Of a DNA stretch of 64,000 nt, positions 1 to 10,333 are shown piece by piece; position 1 is the stretch's first letter; each line of letters begins with the position of its first letter. The DNA lies in assembly GCA_034226945.1 (NCBI GenBank), contig CP120458.1:248001-312000 (forward strand). The letters run 5' to 3'. The position numbers and the translations under genes are program-made. The notes below the pieces were generated by a model. The model saw only the letters and a list, made by a program, of their open reading frames with translations. It was not told where the DNA came from and ran no database searches. Source of the DNA: Picochlorum sp. SENEW3. Its lineage: Eukaryota.

Positions 1-1364
1 TCCGTTCTCCCAAATCCAAAAGGCGTTGCATATTCAAAGTATTGCATTATTTCAGAAATCTTCTTCCCAACAAATCGCTCCCGTGTGTCGTGATAAATTC
101 CGATGAAGCAAGGAGAGTTGTGATCAAACAAGTTGTGAGACACAACGCTGGCAACAGGATGTCTCAGCAAGCGAGCAGTCCTGAGGGTGTTGATCTTTGT
201 TGTAAATATTGGTCGAACCGACGACGAGCACGAATACTTAATCAGCTCCAGTCCATCTTCCGTCTGCATCTCTGCAATAATAAGAGGTTTTTCATAGGAT
301 GAATGGACAGCCTCATCCATGAGGACAGCACTGCGAAGAACTTGTGCATCAGATTCTCTGCACCGCTGGCTGTAATCACCAGCAATAATCACCGCCTTTG
401 CTTTTTGAGCCGCGATTAAATCCAACGCCAAAGGATCCAAAGGCGATCCTTGTCGAAAGACGAGCCTGCATCCATACCTCAAATGCTCTGGCACTGCTGT
501 TTCAAACAGTGACTCCATACCCAATTTCTCCTGCCCCTGACAGAGCACTGCAATCGCCACACCACCAGCAGTATTTCGATGCGATCCACAAATCTCTTTG
601 ACAATACGAATTGCTTGATTCAGGTCCCGTGACGATTCCCCCCAGCAGAGCAGCACATAGTGCCCTTCTTCCATCACTGCCGACCCCTTCCTCACATTGC
701 CTTCTAAAACCTCCAAAACAACCTGCTCTATCAGAGCCAATATCAACGCAAACGATGCCAAACCAATCACCGCAATCGTCACTGCGAAAATCTGCTCCGC
801 TATCGCCACACCAGTTTCCTCTGGCAAATCTTGGCCCAATATAATTTTAAGTATTGAATACAGTGAATTCCAGAAATTAAAGACACCTCCGTTAATTTCT
901 CCCTCCCCAGGAGGCACCATCTGCCCCTGTATAACTCCTCCAAGTAGTAATAAGAGCGTGTTGATCACCATGAATAACTGCAAATCACTCCACGTATCCT
1001 TCCTCCACAGAAAGTACTGATACAACAGCGTCTGCCAAAACTCATCCCACCCACCAGCCTTCTTTTCCCCCTTTCTGGATACTTTCTTACGAATCCAATG
1101 AACTTTCTGTGCTACAGATGTATCCTGATCAGATAATCTATTACGGTTTATCGACGGAGGAGCCGTGTGACGAGTATCTGATCCATTGTCATCCCTTCTT
1201 GCCCTCATAATTGGTCTATGGATCTGTCTCTGGACTCCTTTGTATATATTTATATTTCTCTGAACTATCAGTGGCCTTGTATGCCGAGGATGAGCGGTAC
1301 CCTTGTCCAACCCTACCAACCCCCTCCGCATGGCACATGGAAATGTTGTTGCTAGAGAAAGCAT
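1..1364 (-). CDS. CASTOR/POLLUX/DMI1-family (PEC-like) cation channel with RCK domain and probable plastid transit peptide; 3' end runs off the window
   Basis: Manual translation gives an open minus frame from ATG 1364 (MLSLATTFPCAMRRG...) to position 1. It has TM helices, then VMEEGHYVLLCWG, LVFRQGSPLDPLALDLIAAQKAKAVII and ESDAQVLRSAVL, matching POLLUX/DMI1 RCK motifs. It is absent from the ORF track because there is no stop in the window. Confidence 0.8.
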   Translation of the reverse strand, partial: MLSLATTFPCAMRRGLVGLDKGTAHPRHTRPLIVQRNINIYKGVQRQIHRPIMRARRDDNGSDTRHTAPPSINRNRLSDQDTSVAQKVHWIRKKVSRKGEKKAGGWDEFWQTLLYQYFLWRKDTWSDLQLFMVINTLLLLLGGVIQGQMVPPGEGEINGGVFNFWNSLYSILKIILGQDLPEETGVAIAEQIFAVTIAVIGLASFALILALIEQVVLEVLEGNVRKGSAVMEEGHYVLLCWGESSRDLNQAIRIVKEICGSHRNTAGGVAIAVLCQGQEKLGMESLFETAVPEHLRYGCRLVFRQGSPLDPLALDLIAAQKAKAVIIAGDYSQRCRESDAQVLRSAVLMDEAVHSSYEKPLIIAEMQTEDGLELIKYSCSSSVRPIFTTKINTLRTARLLRHPVASVVSHNLFDHNSPCFIGIYHDTRERFVGKKISEIMQYFEYATPFGFGRT

Positions 1365-1473
1365 ATTACCAGCTTTGATATTCAAATACGCATGCGTATT
1401 TTATAAAAACATTCTCATTATCTAATACAACTATCTGCTAATATTATATGGATTGGTTGAAATTACGATTGCT

Positions 1474-2667
1474 CTATGGAGCCCTTGATGCAACAGACCG
1501 ACGGGTCACTCTGGACTGATTCTTCTTTGTCTCCATATTAGTGACGTTATCATCATCCCTTAAATCATCAGATGATGCGCTTACATCTTTCTTGACTGCA
1601 TTGTCTGCTGCTTCACTCCAGTAGAAGAGCGTCTTTGCTTCTCCATTCATATAGGCATGTAAAAAGGTTGTTGCCAAGACGCTTGGGACAATGTACAACA
1701 GGGCTGGCTGGGCAGCCTTGAAGACATTCATCACGACAATTGTCGCAACAACACCAATCACATATCCCAAAAAACACGAGTAGAACAAGCGTGGCTTTCC
1801 TGTGGATGCCTGCTTGGGTGTCACCAGGTGCTTCTGGACATCATACCTCAAGATGATGGCAACCATGATTCCTGGAATAACAATATCTCCGAGACCTAGC
1901 ATGGAAAATTCTGCTGCTGCCAGCTCCTTTGGGAAGAGCAATTTGATGGGAGCATCAAAGGACTTGGCCACAGAGACCATGACAGGGGTGCAAAAGACCC
2001 AGAAGACGTCATAGAAGAAGAGTCCACACAGCAAGATGACGCCATTCTGCACAGTTCCAAGACTCAAATGCTCCACCCCCTGTAGACTGAAGGCAATGCC
2101 CAGGATGTTGTTGGCCAGCCAATGCTTTGTCTGCCAGTACCAATAGCAAAACCCAGCTGCTGGTATGCATAATACAAGCTCCAGCAAGGAGAATTCAAAC
2201 TCCAAGCCATCTTTGAGAACCACAGGGATCGCTGGTATCTTGAATTCGCGTTGCTTTCTGAGAAGATCCGCATCTGAAAAGCCAAGCAGCGGGTCCACAG
2301 TGGCAACCAGCCCCAGCGTCCCCAAGAGAATAAAGTACAAGGTCAACACCATGTTCACAATGTCCTTGGGTAGAAATTTAAAGGCTAAAAACAGCCCAAA
2401 CAGCATCACAGACCCAACCAGAGGAAATTTATAGGCATCCTTCTTCGACATGGATTCCGTTGGCGGTTCGGACTTGACCGATCTCCAGCATCCACAGAAT
2501 ACAACGATGGCTGCTGTTACTATGACATTTACATTCGGAGGATATGTCACAAACAAAGGAATCAATGAGTTTATCCCGACAAGAGCGTGTGACAAGAGCG
2601 TGATCCCTCGAAACTGCTCTTGCAGCGTCCGAGTACTTGTATTCCCCGATCCGTTCCTCTTTGCCAT
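1474..2667 (-). CDS. SPP: Signal peptide peptidase (presenilin-type aspartyl protease, A22B)
   Basis: Motifs LFFYDVFWVF, LGLGDIVIPG and QPALLY. The likely start is MAKRNG at 2667; the ORF-track start at 2787 overlaps the SAP18 stop. Confidence 0.93.
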   Translation of the reverse strand: MAKRNGSGNTSTRTLQEQFRGITLLSHALVGINSLIPLFVTYPPNVNVIVTAAIVVFCGCWRSVKSEPPTESMSKKDAYKFPLVGSVMLFGLFLAFKFLPKDIVNMVLTLYFILLGTLGLVATVDPLLGFSDADLLRKQREFKIPAIPVVLKDGLEFEFSLLELVLCIPAAGFCYWYWQTKHWLANNILGIAFSLQGVEHLSLGTVQNGVILLCGLFFYDVFWVFCTPVMVSVAKSFDAPIKLLFPKELAAAEFSMLGLGDIVIPGIMVAIILRYDVQKHLVTPKQASTGKPRLFYSCFLGYVIGVVATIVVMNVFKAAQPALLYIVPSVLATTFLHAYMNGEAKTLFYWSEAADNAVKKDVSASSDDLRDDDNVTNMETKKNQSRVTRRSVASRAP

Positions 2668-2755
2668 TTTTTTACTATTAAAACATATACTACTTGTTTG
2701 ATTTATTTCTACTATACTAGCAGATGCACACATATATGGTGCGGAATACATGTAG

Positions 2756-3445
2756 TCATCCACATACAACATCCACAATATCCCCAATTTGAAATCCTAC
2801 ATCCTGCAACGTTTCTTTGCTCTCCTTCTCATCTGCAGAGCCAGACACCTTTCCTATACTCCTCATGACGAGTCGACCTCGGCTATCTGGATAAACAAGC
2901 GAGAAGGACATGGTGGTGGCATCAGTCATTTCAAAGCCTTGGTCTGGCAACTCTTCATCACCACGCTCATCCTTGACAGTCTTTTGTACCAATTCGTACA
3001 ATTCCTTCAACGTTGCATCTTTCCATGTGTATATCCGAAACTCTGGCAGCAGTTTGCCTTGTGCCTGTGGCACTATCTCTCCATCCTGTACTGTAACTCG
3101 ACAGTACTGTGAATATTCCTCTGGCTCTCGCTTGACAGAGCCATCGCGGGGGAATACCCGAAGCAGCAGTGGACAAACGCTTTTCCTATCAATTGATATG
3201 CGTGACTTTGGCTTCCAGGTGCCACCCATCCGTCCTCCATAGCCTGAAGACCGACGACCAAAGTTGCCTCCACCGGACCGAGGAGGAAAGCTCCGCCTTC
3301 CCCTTGGTCTACTAGAATAGTTGCTATAGTTGCTACGTCTATAGCCATCGTCTCGCCTGACAGGTGAATATGAAGACCGACGGAAATTTCCACCCTCCTC
3401 TCGGTTGAAATGGACTGGTCCTCGACCTCTCGGTTGGGGTCCCAT
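2756..3445 (-). CDS. SAP18: Sin3-associated polypeptide 18 (ASAP/HDAC complex subunit) with RG/RS-rich N-terminus
   Basis: IDRKSVCPLLLRVF, IYTWKDATLKEL, FSLVYPD and KETLQDVGFQIGDIVDV are hallmark SAP18 motifs. Confidence 0.9.
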   Translation of the reverse strand: MGPQPRGRGPVHFNREEGGNFRRSSYSPVRRDDGYRRSNYSNYSSRPRGRRSFPPRSGGGNFGRRSSGYGGRMGGTWKPKSRISIDRKSVCPLLLRVFPRDGSVKREPEEYSQYCRVTVQDGEIVPQAQGKLLPEFRIYTWKDATLKELYELVQKTVKDERGDEELPDQGFEMTDATTMSFSLVYPDSRGRLVMRSIGKVSGSADEKESKETLQDVGFQIGDIVDVVCG

Positions 3446-3720
3446 GGCAACTCTTTTACTACTATTTAATGCTACTACTATGAATGAAATTGAAGAATTC
3501 TATGAGAATCTTGTTGTTACTCACACGCAGAGAAAGAGTAAGACTTTTTATAAAGTCTAAATTTAGATGGACAGAGTAATTCGTTAGACTATCCAACGTT
3601 CACCTACATTATGCACCTACCGCATCAAAAGAAGAGTAGCAAATGTAAATTACTTGTTCAAGTAGATGAACCAAATGTTGAGATCAGATTGATGCACAAA
3701 CACACCTAGGGCATTGAAAA

Positions 3721-5295
3721 ATGAATCAACCCAAGAGGGCGCTGAGAGCATCTTTGCTGGCTTCTTCTGCTATATATAGAAGAAAATATTATACTTTTTT
3801 GGATACGCGCGGTAGTAGTCGGTTGAAACGGAGGGGTGTGGTTGTCAGAGCAACAGTTGACTATGAAGAGGATACAACTGGCAGTAGTAATAATAATACC
3901 ACTACGTCTTTTCCTGATGGGATTCAGGGAGCGAAGAATAACATTATGAATAAAGGGCCATCGAAGATCTCAGAAGAGGTCAAGGAAGACGTGGTCGATG
4001 ACAACGTGTCTCAGACGAGTGGAACACTGTGGGGGGCCATGGCACTGATTATTGGGAGTACAATTGGGGCAGGGATACTGGCTCTGCCTGATATTACACA
4101 GGATGCTGGGTTTGTTCCCAGTACGACTGGTCTGGTTGGAGTGTGGGCATTTTTGGTGGGGCAGGCATTGTTGTTGGCAGAGGTGAACATCAATCTGATG
4201 GAGATTCAGGCAGAGGAGGAGGAGGAAGAGGCCACATCATCATCATCATCAGATACTATTCTCACGTTGAGAACAATGGCTGAAAAAACGCTGGGAAAAG
4301 GGGTGGGTAAAGCAGCGACCGGGATATATCTGTCGCTGAGCTACTGCCTCTTGGTTGCATATTTGACAAAGGTGGGAGAAATTTTCTCTTTTGCATCGGA
4401 TGGAAAGCTGCAATCAGGTACCATGGTGGATGTCTTTGCGCTTGGATCCTTGGGCATGTTTATGTTTGGTGGCCCTATGTTTGCTGACAAGTTGAATCAG
4501 GGATTGACGTCAGTGCTGGTAGCGCTGTTCATGTCTATTCTGGCACTGGGGATGGCACATACCAATTTGGATGTGTTGTTTGGTGGTGACAGCGTTCAGT
4601 CCTTCCAAGCTGTCGGCCCTGCGATACCAATCATGTTTCTATCTCTAGTATATCATGATTTGATTCCTCTGATTTGTTCATACCTTGGTGGGGACAGGAA
4701 GAGGACGCAACAGGCCCTTGTTTTTGGGAGCTTGGTTCCATTGGCCATGTTCGTCTCGTGGGAGGCAGTCACATTGTCATTCTTCAAGGAATACAATGCA
4801 TCAGGTATTCACTCTACCGTGTATACATCGGGTCATATAGACCCCGTGAATCTGATGATATCTGCCAGTGGAAGCCCTCTCATTGGCAGCCTGGTTCAGG
4901 GATTTTCCTTTGTCGCCATTGCCACATCATTCCTGGGGACAACCATGGGAGTCTCAGAGACTATTCGATCCGAAGCATCCGAATTCGATACTGATGACGA
5001 GCAAAAGATGGGCGATGACGTCTTGAGAAATGTTGGCCTGACTGCAACGCTCATTCCACCTCTGCTCTTCACCACCTCTGGAGACCCCAAGGCATTCATT
5101 CAGGTCCTGTCCGTAGCTGGTGGCTATGGAATGACTCTTTTATATGGCATTTTCCCTCCACTCATGGCTTGGAAGCTGAGAGAGACGATGAAAGCCCCGA
5201 AATATGCAGTGCCTGGAGGCAACCTCATGTTGGGCTCCTTGCTCAGCATTGGCATATCTCTGGGGATCTACAGAGTCCTCCAGGACGCTCTTTGA
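3721..5295 (+). CDS. Aromatic amino acid permease (TyrP/HAAAP family), plastid-targeted
   Basis: GAMALIIGSTIGAGILALP, LLLAEVN and AIATSFLG; about 11 TM helices; transit peptide ending VVVRA. Confidence 0.88.
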   Translation: MNQPKRALRASLLASSAIYRRKYYTFLDTRGSSRLKRRGVVVRATVDYEEDTTGSSNNNTTTSFPDGIQGAKNNIMNKGPSKISEEVKEDVVDDNVSQTSGTLWGAMALIIGSTIGAGILALPDITQDAGFVPSTTGLVGVWAFLVGQALLLAEVNINLMEIQAEEEEEEATSSSSSDTILTLRTMAEKTLGKGVGKAATGIYLSLSYCLLVAYLTKVGEIFSFASDGKLQSGTMVDVFALGSLGMFMFGGPMFADKLNQGLTSVLVALFMSILALGMAHTNLDVLFGGDSVQSFQAVGPAIPIMFLSLVYHDLIPLICSYLGGDRKRTQQALVFGSLVPLAMFVSWEAVTLSFFKEYNASGIHSTVYTSGHIDPVNLMISASGSPLIGSLVQGFSFVAIATSFLGTTMGVSETIRSEASEFDTDDEQKMGDDVLRNVGLTATLIPPLLFTTSGDPKAFIQVLSVAGGYGMTLLYGIFPPLMAWKLRETMKAPKYAVPGGNLMLGSLLSIGISLGIYRVLQDAL

Positions 5296-5407
5296 TGTAT
5301 CTTTTTTTCGCAAGACCACGTGTACACTAGAGAAGCATTTGTTTGTATTTGTATTGTATTATTTGTACAGTAGTTGTTGTAACCCTGGTGACATTTGAAT
5401 AATCCAC

Positions 5408-7691
5408 ATGTCTGGTTGTGACGCAGACGTCGCTAGTTTGGTCCGCCAGGCGATATACGACGTCAATCAGTCAACAATCGAAGATGAGGATATATTTGAT
5501 TACTTGGTATCCGTCATTAGTGATGATACCTTTGAATTCGGTGAAAATGCGGAGGATGCACATGACACTCTGGGACCACTCTTGGTACGCTTTTTTTCCT
5601 CGATACTGATGGATACATGACACACTGCAGTACATCGACCCTATACTACATAAAATGCAGATTGATGCGCAATGCGCGTCGGATGAGGAGGAATCGCATC
5701 GACTTTGTAAGAAACTCCAAGAAGCACTGGAAGCAGTGAAAATTGGCAGCAGTGTGGAACCAAAGCCACTGGATCAAGGTCCAGTGCTGTTGGATGACTT
5801 GAACAAGATCCATCTGCACCCTCATGATGAAAAATTAAGCACTGGTGGGAAAAATGCAGTGACAAAGGACTTTTCTTTAATGTCAGAAAAGGATGCCATC
5901 AAATTGCAAAAGCAGGAGGAAAAGGCCATGAAATCCCGCAAAGCTGCGATGCTGTCTCACCAAAAGGAGTTGGAGCGGACGTTGCAATCAAAAGCAGTGC
6001 GGGTTGTTCGCCATACGGGGGGTCCAACGGTGAGGGATGTGTGCTTGGAAAATATCAATGTCTCAAACAAGGGCACAGAGTTGATCAGTGATTGTGACAT
6101 CACGTTGGCGTATGGACGGAAATACGGCTTGGTTGGAAGGAATGGAACTGGTAAAACCACGTTTTTGAGGGCATTTGCAGCAATGGAGATTTCTGGCGTC
6201 CCCTGGAATTGCCAGGTTCTCCATGTGGAACAGGAGATTGCTGGTGATGACACATCTGTGATTGATGCCGTGCTTCAATGTGACCAGGAGAGACTTGACC
6301 TGTTGGAAGAGATGGAAAAGAATCCAGAAGATGAAGCTGTGATGAAGAGGTTGCATGAGATTGATGCGTTTGGAGCAGAAGCACGAGCTGCCATGATTTT
6401 AGCAGGCCTTCAATTCACACCAGATATGCAAAAGGTTTCTACAGCATCCCTTTCTGGAGGATGGAGGATGCGTGTAGCGTTGGCTCGAGCTCTGTTCGTT
6501 CAACCAGATATATTATTGTTGGATGAACCCACCAACCATTTGGACCTGCATGCTGTTTTATGGCTGGAAGAGTTTTTAGCACACAGGTGGCCAAAGACTG
6601 TCATCATTGTGTCCCATGCACGTGAGTTTTTGAACACAGTCTGCACGGACATTATTCATCTATTTGGTAGAAAATTGACTCCATATCGAGGCAATTACGA
6701 CGTCTTCCTCAAGACAATGGAAGAACGCTTGAAAAATGAGCAGGTCCAGGCAGAGTCCATATCACGGAAAAAGGCACACATGCAAGCCTTTGTCGACAAA
6801 TTTCGTTACAATGCAAAGCGAGCAAGCTTGGTACAGAGTCGTATTAAACAGATTCAAAAGCTAGATGGGGATGCACCAGAACTCTTGGGCAGCGAAGAGG
6901 AAGAGGATGTCCGCTACAATTTCATCTTCCCTCTGCCAGAGGATGCAAATTCCCTCGGAGGACAAATTATTTCCTTCAACGATGTATGTTTCAAATACGA
7001 CACGCAACACGATTTGTTTTTCGAAAACCTATCGTTTGGAATTGATTTGTCTTCTCGAATAGTATTAGTGGGCAGCAATGGTATAGGGAAATCGACACTG
7101 CTGAATCTGATATCTGGCACCTTGGAACCCACACAGGGCCACATCTTTCGGAATCCAAAAGTACGCATAGCAGTATTCAGCCAGCACCACGTGGACGGCA
7201 TAGATTTATCATTGACTCCTCTCCAGTACATGAAGCAATTCTTCCCCTCCAACAGCATCAGCGATTCCGCAGCAGAAGAAAAGTTTCGGTCCCACCTGGC
7301 ATCCTTTGGCATTGACAGAGACTTGTGCGCACAGCCAGCCTACACGCTATCAGGAGGCCAGAAAAGCCGCGTCGCGCTTTCGAAAATCACCTGGGAGAAG
7401 CCTCACATTATATTACTGGACGAACCATCGAATCACCTGGACATTGACTCGATCGATGCCATGCTGACTGGACTCCACGACTTTTCCACCCATGGCGGTG
7501 GCATCCTTATGATTAGCCACGACCAATACTTGATCGAAAGCTTCCTTTCGAGTGACGACTCCAGTGAGCGCCCTGCAGGACAAATATGGCATGTCACATG
7601 CCACACTGAAACGTCGCAACGACGCCATATTGATGTCTTCCCAGGAAGCTTTCAAGACTACAAAAAGAGTCTGTATTCTGCTGCTTCATAG
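5408..7691 (+). CDS. ABCF3: ABCF3/GCN20-type soluble ABC ATPase (exons 5408-5584, 5661-7691)
   Basis: Two nucleotide-binding domains (GRNGTGKTT/LSGGWRMR/DEPTNHLD; GSNGIGKST/LSGGQKSR/DEPSNHLD) and no TM segments. A GT-AG intron at 5585-5660 joins the DEDIFDYLVSV exon in frame. Confidence 0.92.
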
Positions 7692-7863
7692 AAGAAGCGA
7701 TCAGATTGTGATCATTCTTCCCTGTCATCATATTACTGTATGTAATAATAACAATGATTGTCTACTATCGAGGTATCTTGAAGCAGGAGGAAAAGCAAAA
7801 TCATCATCACCACCAACAACAACACTTCAAGATGATGAGGGGTGAACAAAAGGAGAGTAGTCG

Positions 7864-7938
7864 TGCTCCCAGACGGGCTTGAACCGTCGACCTTACGATT
7901 ATTAGTCGTACGCTCTAACCAAACTGAGCTATGGGAGC
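7864..7938 (-). tRNA. tRNA-Ile (anticodon AAT)
   Basis: The reverse complement folds as a cloverleaf: GCTCCCA/TGGGAGC acceptor stem, GCTC/GAGC D-arm, TACGA-CTAATAA-TCGTA anticodon arm, GACGG-TTCAAGC-CCGTC T-arm. 75 nt, no intron. Confidence 0.95.
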
Positions 7939-8147
7939 TTATACATCAAGGTATGTGTGCTTCCACGAATTTCCTCTTGGCTATATTGAGGTAATTGGCT
8001 TTATCGGAGGTGGCGGCTAACCGCAAAACGCATAGATAGCCCTTATTCTGCCCCTCTATTACACCGTACATATATGTACAATACTTTCATTGGAATATAA
8101 ATATGTATACGAATAATCGATGCGCCCATATATATGGTACCGTAGTG

Positions 8148-9347
8148 TCATTTACCATTTGGATCTCTCCACTGGGGAGGTGGTCTTGAAAAGAGGTAGA
8201 TGCCCACAATGGTGATCAAGCACCCAATCCATTTAATGGCACTAAAACTTTCATGGAGGACCAGCCAGCACATGATGAAGACGGTCACTGTCTTTAGATG
8301 GCCCATCACCTGGAATTCTACAGCTGAGAATTTACCAAGGCATAGGTATTGGGAAATGTTGACGAGGATGGCAAGTGCTGCGGATACTATCACGCCACCA
8401 GCGACCCACGGATTCCACGCAAACTCTGTGATCCATTGGTTGGATACTTTATAGTCCATGAGCGGGCTGAGAGTCAAGAGCACCATGCCAGAGTATGGGC
8501 CGATGAATGCGATCAGATCCATGGCACTCTTTTGCTTCTCACTCTGCATCTTCCTCACGGATATCTGTTGTAGACTGCTTGTCAGGACAGACATCATGGC
8601 AATGGTGAATCCTGTCACACTAATATCGAATTCCAAGTCATTAATTGTTCTGCAATATAATAGTAAGAAGAAGAAAATATTGTTAGGAATGAGGTAAACA
8701 GGACAACGACAAGAAAAAAAAAGGGAAAAACACAATCACTACTATATACACTAGTAGTATTCATTAAAAAAAGGGTAAGTTAACACGTACACCAGGGCAA
8801 CTCCAACAAGGGTCTGCACAATGCACCAGATTCTCCAGCGTGAGAGTGGTGTGTTCAAAAGAAAGTACTCAATCACTGCCGAGCAGGGAACAATCAAAAG
8901 CTTTGTCGCCTGCATATATTATGTATATATATAATAGTCATAAGAAAAGAATCATCACCATCGTCTTCCGAGATTATACATGTACTATATAATACATTGA
9001 AGCCGAAGATGGAATGAAGCATGGCATGTCTCTCGCACCTGGTAAAAGCTGACTGTATTCAGCATCAGGGACAGATTCAACGACACAAGCGATGACACAG
9101 CCCACAGAATCAACAGAATGGTATCAAGCTCAAATGTAAAGCTCGCACTCCCAGCATTCCCTTTCAGAACCCTGACAAAAGCCCCACTGGCCAACAAGTG
9201 AAACCCTGTCAGAAGCGAAGGAAACTTGAACCCCCACGATGACATCACCAATCTATTTATAAATACTATCATAACACTAGAGGAAATATTTAATCCCAAG
9301 AACAAGGACTTTTTCGAAGCCACGCTCACAAATTCAGCGAAACGCAT
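8148..9347 (-). CDS. Nucleotide-sugar transporter (TPT/SLC35E3-like, UXT/URGT group); exons 9347-9039, 8909-8791, 8649-8148
   Basis: Spliced product has SSVMIVFINR, NLSLMLNTVSFYQATKLLIVP, VNISQYLCLGKFSA and FQVMGHLKT. Two canonical GT-AG introns keep the frame. Confidence 0.87.
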
Positions 9348-9499
9348 TTTGATTTTGTTGAATTAATTCTACCAACAGCAATCTTGCTGATATCGGTTCT
9401 TCTTCAAGCGTCACACATGACGTTATATACATATATATCTATATATTTATTGGCATAGCAGTGCTGTTAAGGAGTGCACTTGGGTTTGTACCAAGCGCT

Positions 9500-9955
9500 C
9501 TACCTGAGTGATGAAGATGCAGATGATGATGATGCGTCTTCTGAAGAAGAAGAAGAAGAACAGGAGGTTTCCTCCAGCCATTCACGTAGCAAGGTTTCTG
9601 CCCTGGCTCTTTGCTCATCATCCATTTGGGCATGTGGGTCAAAACGCACAGTGAGGTCAATGCCAAACATGTCATTGGGCCTGACCGCCCTGGAATCTCC
9701 TTGGGGAAAAAACGCACAGGTCAGATCCACATCTTCCTTCGTGCTCTCTGGGTACTGATCCATCAGTACCATCTCATATGCCTCTCGAAGACGTACGAAT
9801 GCCTCATTGGCTCTCTGCTTGTCTTGATCTGTCCTCTGCCGATCAGGGTGAAGCTCCAGAGCCCTTCTCAGGTATGCTTTGCGAATCTTTGAGACGCTCG
9901 TGGTGGCTGTCTCGCTGATGCCAAGGATGGATAATGCTGTTCTATAATCCATCAT
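9500..9955 (-). CDS. Small DnaJ (J-domain) protein
   Basis: ILGIS...IRKAYLRRALELHPDR...ANEAFVRLREAYEMVL with the HPD motif. Start codon uncertain. Confidence 0.8.
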   Translation of the reverse strand: MMDYRTALSILGISETATTSVSKIRKAYLRRALELHPDRQRTDQDKQRANEAFVRLREAYEMVLMDQYPESTKEDVDLTCAFFPQGDSRAVRPNDMFGIDLTVRFDPHAQMDDEQRARAETLLREWLEETSCSSSSSSEDASSSSASSSLR

Positions 9956-10333
9956 GCATCGTGCCATGTACGATTCAGGTGACAACAGTTCATGTCAGGG
10001 CAAAGAACCAGCTACTATACCAACCCCGTTGACCATTCGGGGTCGCCGTCCTATGTACGTTACTATTTGCGTCTGGGACTGCACTGGGGCATTAAGTGAT
10101 GTTATTATAGTTATTTGAATATATTCCCTCACCAGGAGTAGCATGTTCTGATTGGATTGAGCCATTATGTTCGAATCTTGATGAACGTTGCTGAAACCAT
10201 ATTTGTTGCATAGGAAGGTGTCTATGATTCCATGCCATGGTTTATAGCTAAACTAATTCACTCGTAGTATTCTCAGCAATGAACTGGAAAGGTTCTTTCC
10301 ATTAAGGAGTACCCAGTCACAACGAAGAGTATC

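Noticed and set aside
42..1020. Four short plus-strand ORFs
   Set aside because: They are antisense shadows of the minus-strand channel gene. The same applies to most short ORFs overlapping the long genes.
7958..7980. Minus-strand AAATTCGTGGAAGC resembling the 3' part of U6 snRNA
   Set aside because: No ACAGAGA box or rest of U6; a chance match.
9424..9560. (TA)n, (GAT)n and (GAA)n runs here and elsewhere
   Set aside because: Ordinary microsatellites or homopolymeric amino-acid tracts, with no spacer structure, so not CRISPR or a satellite array.
10023..10043. Hairpin ACCCCG-N9-CGGGGT in the DnaJ/MIC60 divergent spacer
   Set aside because: A single 6-bp stem with no recognisable ncRNA motif.
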